A stretch of DNA of 52,683 nt from an uncultured Alphaproteobacteria bacterium. Lineage in GTDB: Bacteria; Pseudomonadota; Alphaproteobacteria; CAIYWZ01. Positions 8,532 to 18,011 of the stretch are shown in pieces. The position numbers and the translations under genes are program-made. The notes under the pieces were generated by a model, which ran no database searches, had not been told where the DNA came from, and saw nothing but the letters and a program-made list of their open reading frames with translations. The stretch lies in NCBI GenBank assembly GCA_903930075.1, contig CAIYWZ010000001.1:1-52683 (forward strand). The letters are read 5' to 3'. The first letter of the stretch is position 1. The number at the start of each line of letters is the position of its first letter.

Positions 8532-9734
8532 ATGAAAGAAGTGTTGGTATCTAGAACAATAGCTTGGTTTATGTGGGGTGTGGCCTCTATATTTTATGCC
8601 TATCAATATATTTTAAGAGTTATGCCGAATATCATTTTTGAGGATATCATTGCTCAGTTTAATATTGATGCGGCTGTTTTTGGTCAATTTTCTGGCGTGT
8701 ATTATATTGGATATTCTTTGATGCACTTGCCCATTGGCATTATGCTTGATCGATATGGTCCACGTAAAATCATGACTGGATGTATTTTACTCACTGTAGT
8801 TGGGCTTTTACCAATTCTTTTTTCCAACAGTTGGGAATATCCTCTTCTTGGTAGGGCTTTTATTGGGATTGGTTCGTCTGCTGCTATTTTAGGAACATTT
8901 AAGATTATACGGATGAGTTTTCCTGAAAAGAAATTCACAAGAATGCTCAGTCTTTCAGTAACAATAGGATTGATTGGCGCAATTTATGGTGGAGGTCCTG
9001 TAAGTTATATGTGTAGCTCGCTTGGATATAAAACTGTTATCGAAATTTTTGCGATCCTTGGCGTATTGCTGGCGATTATGACATATATTATTGTGCCGGA
9101 AATAAAAAATGAGACAAAAACCACTATTTTTTCTGATATAAAACTAGTTTTTACAAATTTTAAAGTTATCGCTTTGTGTTTATCAGCCGGATTGATGGTA
9201 GGTCCTTTGGAGGGATTTGCGGATGTATGGGGAACGCAATTTTTTAAGCAAGTCTATGGCTTTGATCAAAGCCTTGCAAGTTATCTTCCTTCGATCATCT
9301 TTATCGGCATGTGTTTTGGTGCCCCTGTTCTAAGTATGATCGCTGAAAAAACCGGTTATTATATGGGATCGATTATCGGAGCTGGAGTATTAATGTTTAC
9401 TGCTTTTGTAGCTTTGACAACAAAAACCCTAGACTTAAGTGGTATCACAATCAGTTTTTTAATTGTTGGCGTATGCTGTGCTTATCAAATTTTGGCAATT
9501 TATAAAGCGTCAACATATGTGCCCGAGAATGTTGCAGGACTTACGACAGCTGTTGCAAATATGATTATTATGATCTTTGGTTATGCATTCCATACAACAA
9601 TCGGTTTTGTGATCCAAGCTTTTGGGGGTATAAATGATGCTTCGTCGTTTGTTTATGGCATCAATGTAATCCCGATAACATTGGGAATAGGAATTCTTGG
9701 TTTTTCTATGCTGGCTTATCAGGAAAAACGTTAA
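8532..9734 (+). CDS. MFS transporter, substrate unknown
   Basis: About 400 aa with 12 predicted TM segments and MFS motif A GIMLDRYGPRK. The start is uncertain. The TTG at 8514 would lie upstream of the predicted transcription start. ATG 8532 or GTG 8541 (AAGGA 8 nt upstream) are the more likely starts. Confidence 0.8.
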   Translation: MKEVLVSRTIAWFMWGVASIFYAYQYILRVMPNIIFEDIIAQFNIDAAVFGQFSGVYYIGYSLMHLPIGIMLDRYGPRKIMTGCILLTVVGLLPILFSNSWEYPLLGRAFIGIGSSAAILGTFKIIRMSFPEKKFTRMLSLSVTIGLIGAIYGGGPVSYMCSSLGYKTVIEIFAILGVLLAIMTYIIVPEIKNETKTTIFSDIKLVFTNFKVIALCLSAGLMVGPLEGFADVWGTQFFKQVYGFDQSLASYLPSIIFIGMCFGAPVLSMIAEKTGYYMGSIIGAGVLMFTAFVALTTKTLDLSGITISFLIVGVCCAYQILAIYKASTYVPENVAGLTTAVANMIIMIFGYAFHTTIGFVIQAFGGINDASSFVYGINVIPITLGIGILGFSMLAYQEKR

Positions 9735-9758
9735 CTCACAATAACCTACTTATTACGA

Positions 9759-11309
9759 TTATGACTTTCTTGTATCTGTCATACTTTTGGTGTCAACGCA
9801 CTTTAAAAGATGCGCAGGGATTAGGAAAGCTGCGGTTGCTATACTTACCAAAAGCGTGAGTGCGAAGGCTTTCCAAACAAATCCACCTGAGATCATAGAC
9901 TCTAAGAAATAGGGCTCTATATAATAAATCAATATCCCCATAATTGTCGCAGAAATCAAGATTTTAGGTGTATTCTTTTTAAGCTGCGCGTCAATCACCA
10001 TCATATTTTTCTTCTTTAAGACTGCTGCTAAGAGCAACGCATTGATCCAGGAGGCAATAGATGTTCCAATGGCAATACCTACGTGTTGATAATACTGCAT
10101 TAAATACCAATTTAGTACAAAATTTGCAACAACGCTAATTAACCCAATAATCAGAGGTGTTGTTGTATCTTTGCGGGCAAAAAATGTGGATGAAAAAACT
10201 TTCATCAAGACATAGGCTGGAATTCCAACGCAGAATCCGCACAGCGCATAGGCTGTTTGATGAATATTGCCAGAATGTTCTAAAAATTTTCCATGTCCAT
10301 AAATCAGGGCAACAAATCCATCTGAATAGACCATGAGGCCAATTGCAATAGGAATAGTGCATAAAAGAACAAATTCAGTTGCGCGATTTTGTGTAAAAAT
10401 AGCTTCTTTCAACTCATTTTGTCTCATTTGTTTTGTCAGCATCGGAAGAAGGGCAATTCCAATGGCAACGCCGATGATGCTTAATGGAAGCTGGCTGACG
10501 CGTTCAGCATAGTTAAAATATGTAACTCCTCCTTCTGGAAGATATGAGCTGAGCAATAGATCCACGTAGAGATTGATGTGAACGACGCCTGCTCCAATCA
10601 TGCCAGGGAGAAGTTTTTTAAAAAACTCTTTGACCTGTGGTGTAAATTTAGGAATCCTAAATTTTAAAATGATTCCTGCATAGGCACAGAAGAAATACAG
10701 CCAAATAAATTGAATAACCCCAGCTCCTAAATTTGCCCAGGCAGCCAAATGCCCTGGAGTTTGAGTGAATCCAACCAGAAATATAAAGAAAATGATAATA
10801 AGCAAATTCCCAATACTTTGGGCAGATGCAGGGGCAGCAAAACGATCAATGGAGTTCAGAATGCCGCCTAAAATTGCGGACATTGAGATAAAGATAATAA
10901 AGGGAAATGTAATGTGTGTAAATTCAATAACATATTTTAATTTTTCAGGAGTTTTTAGGAGGCCTGGCGTCATGAATGAAATAAATATAGGCATGAAATA
11001 TTCAATGCCAATCACCAGAATTGTGAGAAAAATAGCAAGAATGGTTATTGAATGTTCTGCAAAAAGCTTTGCTTCTTGTTTTCCTTGTGTGGCCATAGTC
11101 CCTGAAAATATGGGAACAAAAGACGAGTTGAAAGCGCCCTCTGCAAATAAACGCCTGAAAATCCCAGGAATTTTTACAGCCAAAAGAAAAGCATCGGATA
11201 AAATACCTGCACCTAAAATATTTGCGGAAAGACCATCTCTTACATATCCTAAAAGACGTCCGATCATTGTGTGCCCACCGACAGTCAACATTGATCGCAT
11301 TAATGACAT
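9759..11309 (-). CDS. murJ: Lipid II flippase MurJ (paralog 1)
   Basis: 516 aa. MurJ/MviN N-terminus GRLLGYVRD...FRRLFAEGAFNSSFVPIFS and about 14 TM segments. Confidence 0.9.
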   Translation of the reverse strand: MSLMRSMLTVGGHTMIGRLLGYVRDGLSANILGAGILSDAFLLAVKIPGIFRRLFAEGAFNSSFVPIFSGTMATQGKQEAKLFAEHSITILAIFLTILVIGIEYFMPIFISFMTPGLLKTPEKLKYVIEFTHITFPFIIFISMSAILGGILNSIDRFAAPASAQSIGNLLIIIFFIFLVGFTQTPGHLAAWANLGAGVIQFIWLYFFCAYAGIILKFRIPKFTPQVKEFFKKLLPGMIGAGVVHINLYVDLLLSSYLPEGGVTYFNYAERVSQLPLSIIGVAIGIALLPMLTKQMRQNELKEAIFTQNRATEFVLLCTIPIAIGLMVYSDGFVALIYGHGKFLEHSGNIHQTAYALCGFCVGIPAYVLMKVFSSTFFARKDTTTPLIIGLISVVANFVLNWYLMQYYQHVGIAIGTSIASWINALLLAAVLKKKNMMVIDAQLKKNTPKILISATIMGILIYYIEPYFLESMISGGFVWKAFALTLLVSIATAAFLIPAHLLKCVDTKSMTDTRKS

Positions 11310-11319
11310 AATTTACTCC

Positions 11320-12858
11320 TTATTTTCTGATGTTTTTTAGATCAATGCACTTTAAAAAGTATGCAGGGGTTAAAAAACTAATGGCACTTGCAAAGAGCAA
11401 GGCAAAAAGAACGTCTATTTTTCCCAAAACCGATCCACCGACAATATATACATCAAAATAAGGTTGAATACAATAAATTACGACACCCATTATTGCCGAT
11501 GCGCATAAAATTTTAGGGATTCTGGATAAAAACTGTGAATCGAAAACAAACATCCGTCTTTTTTGCAAAACAATGATCAAAAGAATAGCGTTTATCCAAG
11601 AAGCAATTGCCGTTCCCATGGCAATCCCCACGTGTTGATAAGGCCCCATTAAATAAAGGTTAATCACAATATTCACAACGACGCTGATCAACCCTATAAT
11701 AACGGGGGTTAATGTATCTGAGCGGGCAAAAAATGTGGAAGAAAAGACTTTGACCATCACATATGCCGGCAGTCCAAAGGAGAATGCCGCTAAAGTCCGG
11801 GCTGTTTGAGGAATGTTCCCAGGATGATCAAGGAATTTTCCATATCCATAAAGCAGTGAGACAAAAAGATCAGCATAAATCACAAAAGCAATTGCAGCAG
11901 GTAGCGTTAAAAAAAGGACCAATTCTGTTGCGCGATTTTGAGTCGTAATTGCTTCATTCAAGTTCCCTTGACGCAGTTGTTTACTCAAAAGAGGGAGCAG
12001 CGCAACGCCCATGGCAACGCCTACCATTGAAAGGGGAAATTGATTAATGCGATCCGCAAGATTTAAGTAAGATACGCTAGCTTCTGGCAGATAAGAACAT
12101 AGCCGCATATCCACGACCAGATTAATTTGAAGAATTCCAGCTCCCACCATTCCAGGAAGTAGTTTTCTAAAAAATTCTTTCATTTCTGGAGTCAATTTGG
12201 GGACTCTAAATTTTAATGGCATGCCCGCATACGCGCAGAAAAAATAAAGCCAAGCCAATTGACAGATGCTCGAGAATAAAACCCCCCAAGAAAGAACATG
12301 ACCAGGGCTTTTTCCAGAATTTACAAAGAAATAAATCACGAAAATAATGCATAAATTTCCAATACTTGCAGCTGCAGCTGGAGCTGCAAATTTCTCGAGA
12401 GAGTTTAATACGCCTCCTAAAATTGCAGAGATTGAAATAAACAAAATAAATGGGAACGTAATACGCGTGAATTCAATGGCAAGTTCCAGTCGTTCTGGAG
12501 TTTTTGAAAATCCTGCTGCCAGAAGCCCTATAAATTCAGGCATAAAAAGTTCTATGACAAGCACCATGACGGTGAGAAAAAGACCAAGTATAACGATAGA
12601 ATGCTCTGCAAAAACTTTGGCAGATTGCTTGCCTTTTGTGGCTAAATTTCCTGAAAACATGGGAACAAACGCAGCATTAAAAGCGCCTTCTGCAAACAGT
12701 CTTCTAAATAAACTTGGGATCTTAATTGCAATATTGAGAGCATCGGTAATTGCATTTGCCCCCACATATGTTGCAATCAGTGATTCTCTAACATAACCCA
12801 AAATACGGCTAATCATTGTATGGCCGCTAATCGTCATGATAGATTTTAAAAGTGCCAT
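11320..12858 (-). CDS. murJ: Lipid II flippase MurJ (paralog 2)
   Basis: 512 aa, collinear with paralog 1 over its full length (42/70 identical over the first 70 residues, counted by eye). The same conserved FRRLFAEGAFN motif is present. Confidence 0.9.
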   Translation of the reverse strand: MALLKSIMTISGHTMISRILGYVRESLIATYVGANAITDALNIAIKIPSLFRRLFAEGAFNAAFVPMFSGNLATKGKQSAKVFAEHSIVILGLFLTVMVLVIELFMPEFIGLLAAGFSKTPERLELAIEFTRITFPFILFISISAILGGVLNSLEKFAAPAAAASIGNLCIIFVIYFFVNSGKSPGHVLSWGVLFSSICQLAWLYFFCAYAGMPLKFRVPKLTPEMKEFFRKLLPGMVGAGILQINLVVDMRLCSYLPEASVSYLNLADRINQFPLSMVGVAMGVALLPLLSKQLRQGNLNEAITTQNRATELVLFLTLPAAIAFVIYADLFVSLLYGYGKFLDHPGNIPQTARTLAAFSFGLPAYVMVKVFSSTFFARSDTLTPVIIGLISVVVNIVINLYLMGPYQHVGIAMGTAIASWINAILLIIVLQKRRMFVFDSQFLSRIPKILCASAIMGVVIYCIQPYFDVYIVGGSVLGKIDVLFALLFASAISFLTPAYFLKCIDLKNIRK

Positions 12859-12873
12859 TGTGGATCCTTAAAT

Positions 12874-15420
12874 TTAGATTATCATATTGCGTAATTTATA
12901 TAGCACATCCAATGCTTCTTTGGGAGAAATATTATCAAGATTCAGCTTTTTTACTGATTTCTCGACCAAAGATATTTTTGGGATCTCTAATTGAATGGGC
13001 GAAGCGGCCGGAATTGCTTGAGGAACATGGTCTTTTTGAAGACCTTTTAAAATTTCCGATGCCCTTGATATGACGAGTTTTGGCAAGCCAGCCAACGCGG
13101 CAACGTGAATTCCATAGGATTGATCGGCTGAGCCTGCTTTGATTTGGTGTTGAAAGATAATTTTTCCTTCCCACTCTGTGACTTTCATCGTATGACAGGA
13201 CAAATGTTTGAGTTGATGACATAACTCCACGAGTTCATGATAATGTGTTGCAAAAATTCCTCTGCTTTTATTTGCAAATTCTAAGTGCTCCAGTGTTGCC
13301 CAAGCGATGCTTAACCCATCGTATGTTGATGTTCCACGTCCGATTTCATCTAAAATTACTAAAGATCTTGGCGTTGCTTGATTTAAAATCGCCGCAGTTT
13401 CAATCATTTCCACCATAAAAGTTGACCGACCTTTAGCCAGGTCATCGCAGGCGCCGACTCTTGTAAAAATACGGTCGACAACACCGATATGCGCATGTTT
13501 TGCGGGAACAAAACTTCCGATCTGCCCCATGTAGGCAATCAGAGCATTTTGACGCAAGAAAGTGCTTTTTCCTGCCATATTTGGACCTGTTAAAAGCCAC
13601 ATTCTTTGTGAATTTTCTAAAACTGTATTGTTGGGCACAAAATTTTGATTTTCTTGTTTTAAAAACATCTCAACAATGGGGTGACGGCCTTCTTCTACGT
13701 CAAATTTTAAGCTTTCGTCAATCGTGGGTTTGCTATAGTTCTGAAGCTTTGCAAGATGTGCAAATCCAAGATAGACATCGATTTGTGCAACAGCTTTTGC
13801 GCAGTTAATAATTTTTTCATGAAGCTCTAAAACACTTTTTCTTAAATCTTGAAAAATAGAAAGTTCAAGTTTTAAAGCTTCTTCATCTGCTTTGATGATT
13901 TTTTGCTCAAGCTCTATGAGTTCCGCGGTTGTGTATCTTGCGCCATTGACAATCGTTTGACGGTGGATAAAATTTCCTGGAACTTTGCTGGCGTGTGTTG
14001 ATGTGACTTCAATAAAAAAGCCTAGAATGTTGTTGTTTTTGATTTTTAAAGAAGGAATTTCAGTTTCTCTAATATATCTTTCCTGTAGAGAACTTACAAA
14101 AACATCCCCCTCATTTTTGAGTTTTCGGTATTCATCCAAGACCAAATCATACCCAGCTTTGATGAATCCTCCATCGCGCGAAAGGAGGGGCAAGTTTTCA
14201 CCTAAAGCTTTCTCTAAGGTGATGATCAGATCTGTGCATTCATCCAGATCTTCTTTTAATGCTTTTACAATTGTTGGCGGATTGTGGAGATAGATTTTTA
14301 AATCTTTTGCAACATTTAATCCTGTTTGTATTGCAAATAAATCTCTAGGCCCTGCCCTGTCGTAAAAAAGACGCGTTAAAGACCTCTCAATATCTGGGAA
14401 TGCGCGTAAAATATCCCGGAAATTAGAATTTTCTAGAAAGTATTCCACAGCATTAAGACGCCAGTTAATCAAATCAACATTGGCCAAAGGATTCAGCATA
14501 TATTCTCGTAAAAGTCTTCCCCCACAGGCTGTGATGGTGTGGTCAATCACACTGAGCAAAGATCCCTTGTAATCGCCACTCAGGGTAAAAAAGAGCTCTA
14601 GGTTTTTTTTGGTTGATAGATCCAGATTTAAGATTTTACCATGACTTATTTTTTTTGGGCGTCTCAGGCTTGAGAAAGTCGTTTTTTGCGTCAGAGATAT
14701 ATAATCTAAAAGCGCACCTGTTGTGATAATCTCCCCCGTCTTCAGATCTCCTAGAGATTCGGTGGTCATGAGTTCAAAGACTTCTAATAATCTTTTCCCG
14801 CAGGACTGGGCATCAAACTTTAGATGGGGCAATTTAGACCATAAAAATTCACCTTTTATATCTTTAGAAAATTGTTTATCGCTGATTAAAATTTCACTGG
14901 GTTCTAAAGAATTTAATTCTTCCACTAACCGTGAAGCTTGGAAAGACGTTGTAAAAAAATCGCCCGTTGAAATATCGGCCCAGGCGAGGGAACACATTTC
15001 TCCTTCAATGAAGACGGAAGCCAAATAGTTGTGTTTTTTCGCGGTTAAGAGAACATCTTCTGTGAGTGTTCCAGGGGTGACGATTCTGATTACATCTCGG
15101 TTGACAATGGATTTATGCCCACGTTTTTTTGCCTCTTCTGGAGTTTCTGTCTGTTCACAGATCGCAACTTTAAATCCGTGCTTAATCAATCTTGGAAGAT
15201 ATGTATCACATGCATGAACAGGAATTCCACACATGGGCATTTGCGTTTCTTCTTTGCCACGTTTGGTGAGTGTAATATCAAGGGCCTTGGATGCTTCAAT
15301 TGCGTCCTGGAAAAAGAGCTCATAAAAATCCCCTAGACGAAAAAAAAGCAAGCAATCTGGATAATTCTCTCGAATTTTAAAGTATTGCTTCATCATAGGG
15401 GTTTGAGTTGCAAGTTCCAT
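12874..15420 (-). CDS. mutS: DNA mismatch repair protein MutS
   Basis: 848 aa. N-terminus TPMMKQYFKIRENYPDCLLFFRLGDFYELF, Walker A GPNMAGKST, and a C-terminal HTH region. Confidence 0.95.
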   Translation of the reverse strand: MELATQTPMMKQYFKIRENYPDCLLFFRLGDFYELFFQDAIEASKALDITLTKRGKEETQMPMCGIPVHACDTYLPRLIKHGFKVAICEQTETPEEAKKRGHKSIVNRDVIRIVTPGTLTEDVLLTAKKHNYLASVFIEGEMCSLAWADISTGDFFTTSFQASRLVEELNSLEPSEILISDKQFSKDIKGEFLWSKLPHLKFDAQSCGKRLLEVFELMTTESLGDLKTGEIITTGALLDYISLTQKTTFSSLRRPKKISHGKILNLDLSTKKNLELFFTLSGDYKGSLLSVIDHTITACGGRLLREYMLNPLANVDLINWRLNAVEYFLENSNFRDILRAFPDIERSLTRLFYDRAGPRDLFAIQTGLNVAKDLKIYLHNPPTIVKALKEDLDECTDLIITLEKALGENLPLLSRDGGFIKAGYDLVLDEYRKLKNEGDVFVSSLQERYIRETEIPSLKIKNNNILGFFIEVTSTHASKVPGNFIHRQTIVNGARYTTAELIELEQKIIKADEEALKLELSIFQDLRKSVLELHEKIINCAKAVAQIDVYLGFAHLAKLQNYSKPTIDESLKFDVEEGRHPIVEMFLKQENQNFVPNNTVLENSQRMWLLTGPNMAGKSTFLRQNALIAYMGQIGSFVPAKHAHIGVVDRIFTRVGACDDLAKGRSTFMVEMIETAAILNQATPRSLVILDEIGRGTSTYDGLSIAWATLEHLEFANKSRGIFATHYHELVELCHQLKHLSCHTMKVTEWEGKIIFQHQIKAGSADQSYGIHVAALAGLPKLVISRASEILKGLQKDHVPQAIPAASPIQLEIPKISLVEKSVKKLNLDNISPKEALDVLYKLRNMII

Positions 15421-15436
15421 ATTTTTCCATCAAATT

Positions 15437-15471
15437 AAGACGACTATTGTAAATGAATTCACAATAGTCGT
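15437..15471 (-). terminator. Intergenic hairpin downstream of grpE (terminator-like)
   Basis: ACGACTATTGT (15440-15450) pairs with ACAATAGTCGT (15461-15471), an 11-bp perfect stem. On the minus strand it is followed by CTTAATTTG, a weak U-tract. The left arm carries the 18-mer also found at 7356-7373. Confidence 0.4.
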
Positions 15472-15476
15472 TATGT

Positions 15477-15965
15477 TTAGGCTTTCTTTGAAACCCCCAC
15501 TAAGGCAGGTCTGAGCAGTCTATCGTGCAAAATATATCCAGGTTGGAGGACTTGTATGATTGTCCCCGGCTCTTTTTCCGCATCTTCTGCCTCAAACATC
15601 GCTTGATGGAGATTGTGATCAAATTTTTCACCTTCTGGAGAAATTTTCTTGATGCCAAATTTTTGGAAGCTATTGAGCAGTTCTTTTTCTGTCATTTCAA
15701 TTCCTTGAAAGAACGTTTTGCTTTGCTCATCATCATTTTGTGGTGCAGCGTTGAGAGCGCGTCTTAAGTTATCAGAAACACTCAGCAACTCTCTTGCAAA
15801 ATTTGAGACAGCGTATTTATTGGCGTCATCAACTTCCCGGTGGGCTCTTTTGCGAATATTTTCTTGTTCAGCCAAAGCTCTCAAGAGTTGATCCTTAAGA
15901 TTTGCAATTTCTTCTACTTCTGGGGATACAATGTTTTCTTCCCTGATTTCTTCTGCTTGTGTCAT
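15477..15965 (-). CDS. grpE: Nucleotide exchange factor GrpE
   Basis: 162 aa. Coiled-coil N-terminus followed by the GrpE core (ENIRKRAHRE...FARELLSVSDNL...GYILHDRLLRPALVGV). Confidence 0.9.
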   Translation of the reverse strand: MTQAEEIREENIVSPEVEEIANLKDQLLRALAEQENIRKRAHREVDDANKYAVSNFARELLSVSDNLRRALNAAPQNDDEQSKTFFQGIEMTEKELLNSFQKFGIKKISPEGEKFDHNLHQAMFEAEDAEKEPGTIIQVLQPGYILHDRLLRPALVGVSKKA

Positions 15966-15974
15966 TTTTTTCTC

Positions 15975-17018
15975 CTAATCTAATAATTTTCCAATTAATT
16001 TTGCCGTATAATCCACCATGGGAATAACCCTGGCATAATTGAGTCTTGATGGACCAATCACTCCAATTGCTCCAATGACTTGTTGCAAAGAGTTTTTATA
16101 TGGAGCAACAATTAAAGAACATCCACTTGTGCTAAAGAGTGGATTTTCTGCTCCAATAAAAATTTGCACGCCTTCTGCCGCAATGGAGGCATCCAAAAGC
16201 TCTAAAAGGGAATCCTGCGTTTCGAGAAGATCAAAAAGTGCTTTTACTTTGCCCAATTCTTCAACTTCTGTCACGTCTTGCAAAAGATTTGATTGGCCTT
16301 TTACAATCAGTAATCCCTTTGATTCACCTTTATACCATGTTCCAACGCCATTTTGAACAAGTTTTGATACAATTCCGTCAAGTTCATTTTTTTGGACCTC
16401 GAGTTCGTTTTGTAAAATAGCTTTTGCCTGCGTTAACGTTTTTCCTGCAAGTTTTGCATTGAGATAATTTGACGCTTCGATGAGCATAGAGGGTAGAATT
16501 CCTGCGGGAAGCTCAATGAGCCTATTTTCTACATTTCCATCTTGTGTCACAAGAACAGTGAGCCCACGTTCAGGTCCTAAGAAAACAAATTCAATATGTT
16601 TAAAAGCAATCTCTGTTTTTGGCGCAAGAACAAGACCTGCGCATTTGGTAAGACCTGAAAGCGTTTTGATGGCTTCTTCTAAAACTTGGTTTAAAGTTTT
16701 TCCTTTGAGTGCGCATTTGGCTTCAAGGGCACTTCGGTCAAGATCATTGATATCTCCCACTTCCAATAATCCATTGATAAAAAACCTCAGGCCAGAGTCC
16801 GTTGGAAGCCTTCCTGCGGAAGTGTGCGGGGAGTATAGATATCCAGAATCTTCTAAATCTGCCATGACATTGCGAATTGTGGCAGGAGATAGGGTGAGTC
16901 CTAAACGATGGGAAAGCGTTCTGGAGCCAACAGGTTCGCCGGTTTCTACGTAAGCTTCAATAATATGTTTCAAAATATCTTTTGATCTTGAATTGAGCTC
17001 AGTTACTTTTTCTTTCAT
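15975..17018 (-). CDS. hrcA: Heat-inducible transcription repressor HrcA
   Basis: 347 aa. N-terminal winged-helix region (L..I...Y..TGEPVGSRTLS), a C-terminal GVIGP.R..Y motif, and the classic hrcA-grpE arrangement. Confidence 0.9.
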   Translation of the reverse strand: MKEKVTELNSRSKDILKHIIEAYVETGEPVGSRTLSHRLGLTLSPATIRNVMADLEDSGYLYSPHTSAGRLPTDSGLRFFINGLLEVGDINDLDRSALEAKCALKGKTLNQVLEEAIKTLSGLTKCAGLVLAPKTEIAFKHIEFVFLGPERGLTVLVTQDGNVENRLIELPAGILPSMLIEASNYLNAKLAGKTLTQAKAILQNELEVQKNELDGIVSKLVQNGVGTWYKGESKGLLIVKGQSNLLQDVTEVEELGKVKALFDLLETQDSLLELLDASIAAEGVQIFIGAENPLFSTSGCSLIVAPYKNSLQQVIGAIGVIGPSRLNYARVIPMVDYTAKLIGKLLD

Positions 17019-17024
17019 GAACCC

Positions 17025-18011
17025 TTAATCCGGAAAATGACATGCTACAAAATGATTTGATCCGTGATCTTTAAATTCAGGCCGCACCTGGGCGCACAAA
17101 TCTTGTGCCTTAGGGCAACGTGTTCTAAACGGGCATCCACTGGGAGGATTAATCGGAGACGGGATATCTCCCATTAAAATTGTTGATTTTTTTTCCTTGG
17201 AAATTTTTGGATCTGGAGTTGGCACCGCAGAAATTAAAGCCCTTGTATAAGGATGATGAGCATGATTATAAAGCTCTGAAAATTCTGCAAGTTCTGCCAT
17301 ACGGCCTAAATACAACACCAGAATACGGTGACTAATATGACGCACAACGCTTAAGTTATGCGAGATAAAGATAATTGATGTTTTAAATTCTTTTTGTAAG
17401 TCCATCAATAAATTTACGATTTGTGCTTGAATAGAAACGTCTAAAGCGCTGACCGCTTCATCACAAATGAGCAATTTCGGACGCACAATCATGGCCCTGG
17501 CAATTCCAATACGTTGACACTGTCCTCCTGAAAATTCATGGGGGTAGCGGTTGATATAGGATCTGGAGAGCCCTACTACATCCATCATTTCTAGTACGCG
17601 TTTTTCAATATCAGCTTTACTGAGTTCTTTGAAAAAGATTTCTAAAGGCTCGGAGATAATTTGTTTAATATTGAGTCTTGGATTCAAAGAGGCAAGCGGA
17701 TCTTGAAAAATCATTTGCATATCTTTGCGAGATTTGCGCAATTCTGTTTCGGACAAAGCGCCAAGGTCTACGCCATCTAACACAACTTTTCCACCAGAAA
17801 TCTTGACAAGGTTTAAAATGGCTCGCCCTAAGGTGGATTTCCCGCAACCGGATTCTCCAACAATTCCAAGCGTTTCACCTGGCATTAAATTGAATGAGAC
17901 ATCCGTGATGGCGTGTAGTAATTTAGGCTTAGAAAAAAGACTTTTTCTGCCAACTTCAAAGTCAACAGATAGATTTTCTACATGAAGAAGGGGATTTAAA
18001 TGAGATGACAT
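17025..18011 (-). CDS. oppF: Oligopeptide ABC transporter ATPase OppF
   Basis: 328 aa. Walker A GESGCGKST, signature FSGGQCQR, Walker B LLICDE, and a C-terminal Cys-rich oligopeptide-transporter extension. Confidence 0.9.
   Translation of the reverse strand: MSSHLNPLLHVENLSVDFEVGRKSLFSKPKLLHAITDVSFNLMPGETLGIVGESGCGKSTLGRAILNLVKISGGKVVLDGVDLGALSETELRKSRKDMQMIFQDPLASLNPRLNIKQIISEPLEIFFKELSKADIEKRVLEMMDVVGLSRSYINRYPHEFSGGQCQRIGIARAMIVRPKLLICDEAVSALDVSIQAQIVNLLMDLQKEFKTSIIFISHNLSVVRHISHRILVLYLGRMAELAEFSELYNHAHHPYTRALISAVPTPDPKISKEKKSTILMGDIPSPINPPSGCPFRTRCPKAQDLCAQVRPEFKDHGSNHFVACHFPD

Noticed and set aside
14603-14656. Two 8-nt homopolymer tracts (14603-14610 and 14649-14656) inside mutS, considered as a possible slipped-strand mutator switch.
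   Set aside because: Runs of 8-9 A/T are common throughout this AT-rich window (for example 6834-6842, and tracts in oppF, ampG and GNAT-2). There is no evidence of length variation, and the frame is intact.
17019-17200. Search for a CIRCE operator (TTAGCACTC-N9-GAGTGCTAA) near hrcA.
   Set aside because: No match or near-match was seen by eye upstream of hrcA or elsewhere in the intergenic regions of the window. CIRCE is expected upstream of groESL, which is not in this window.
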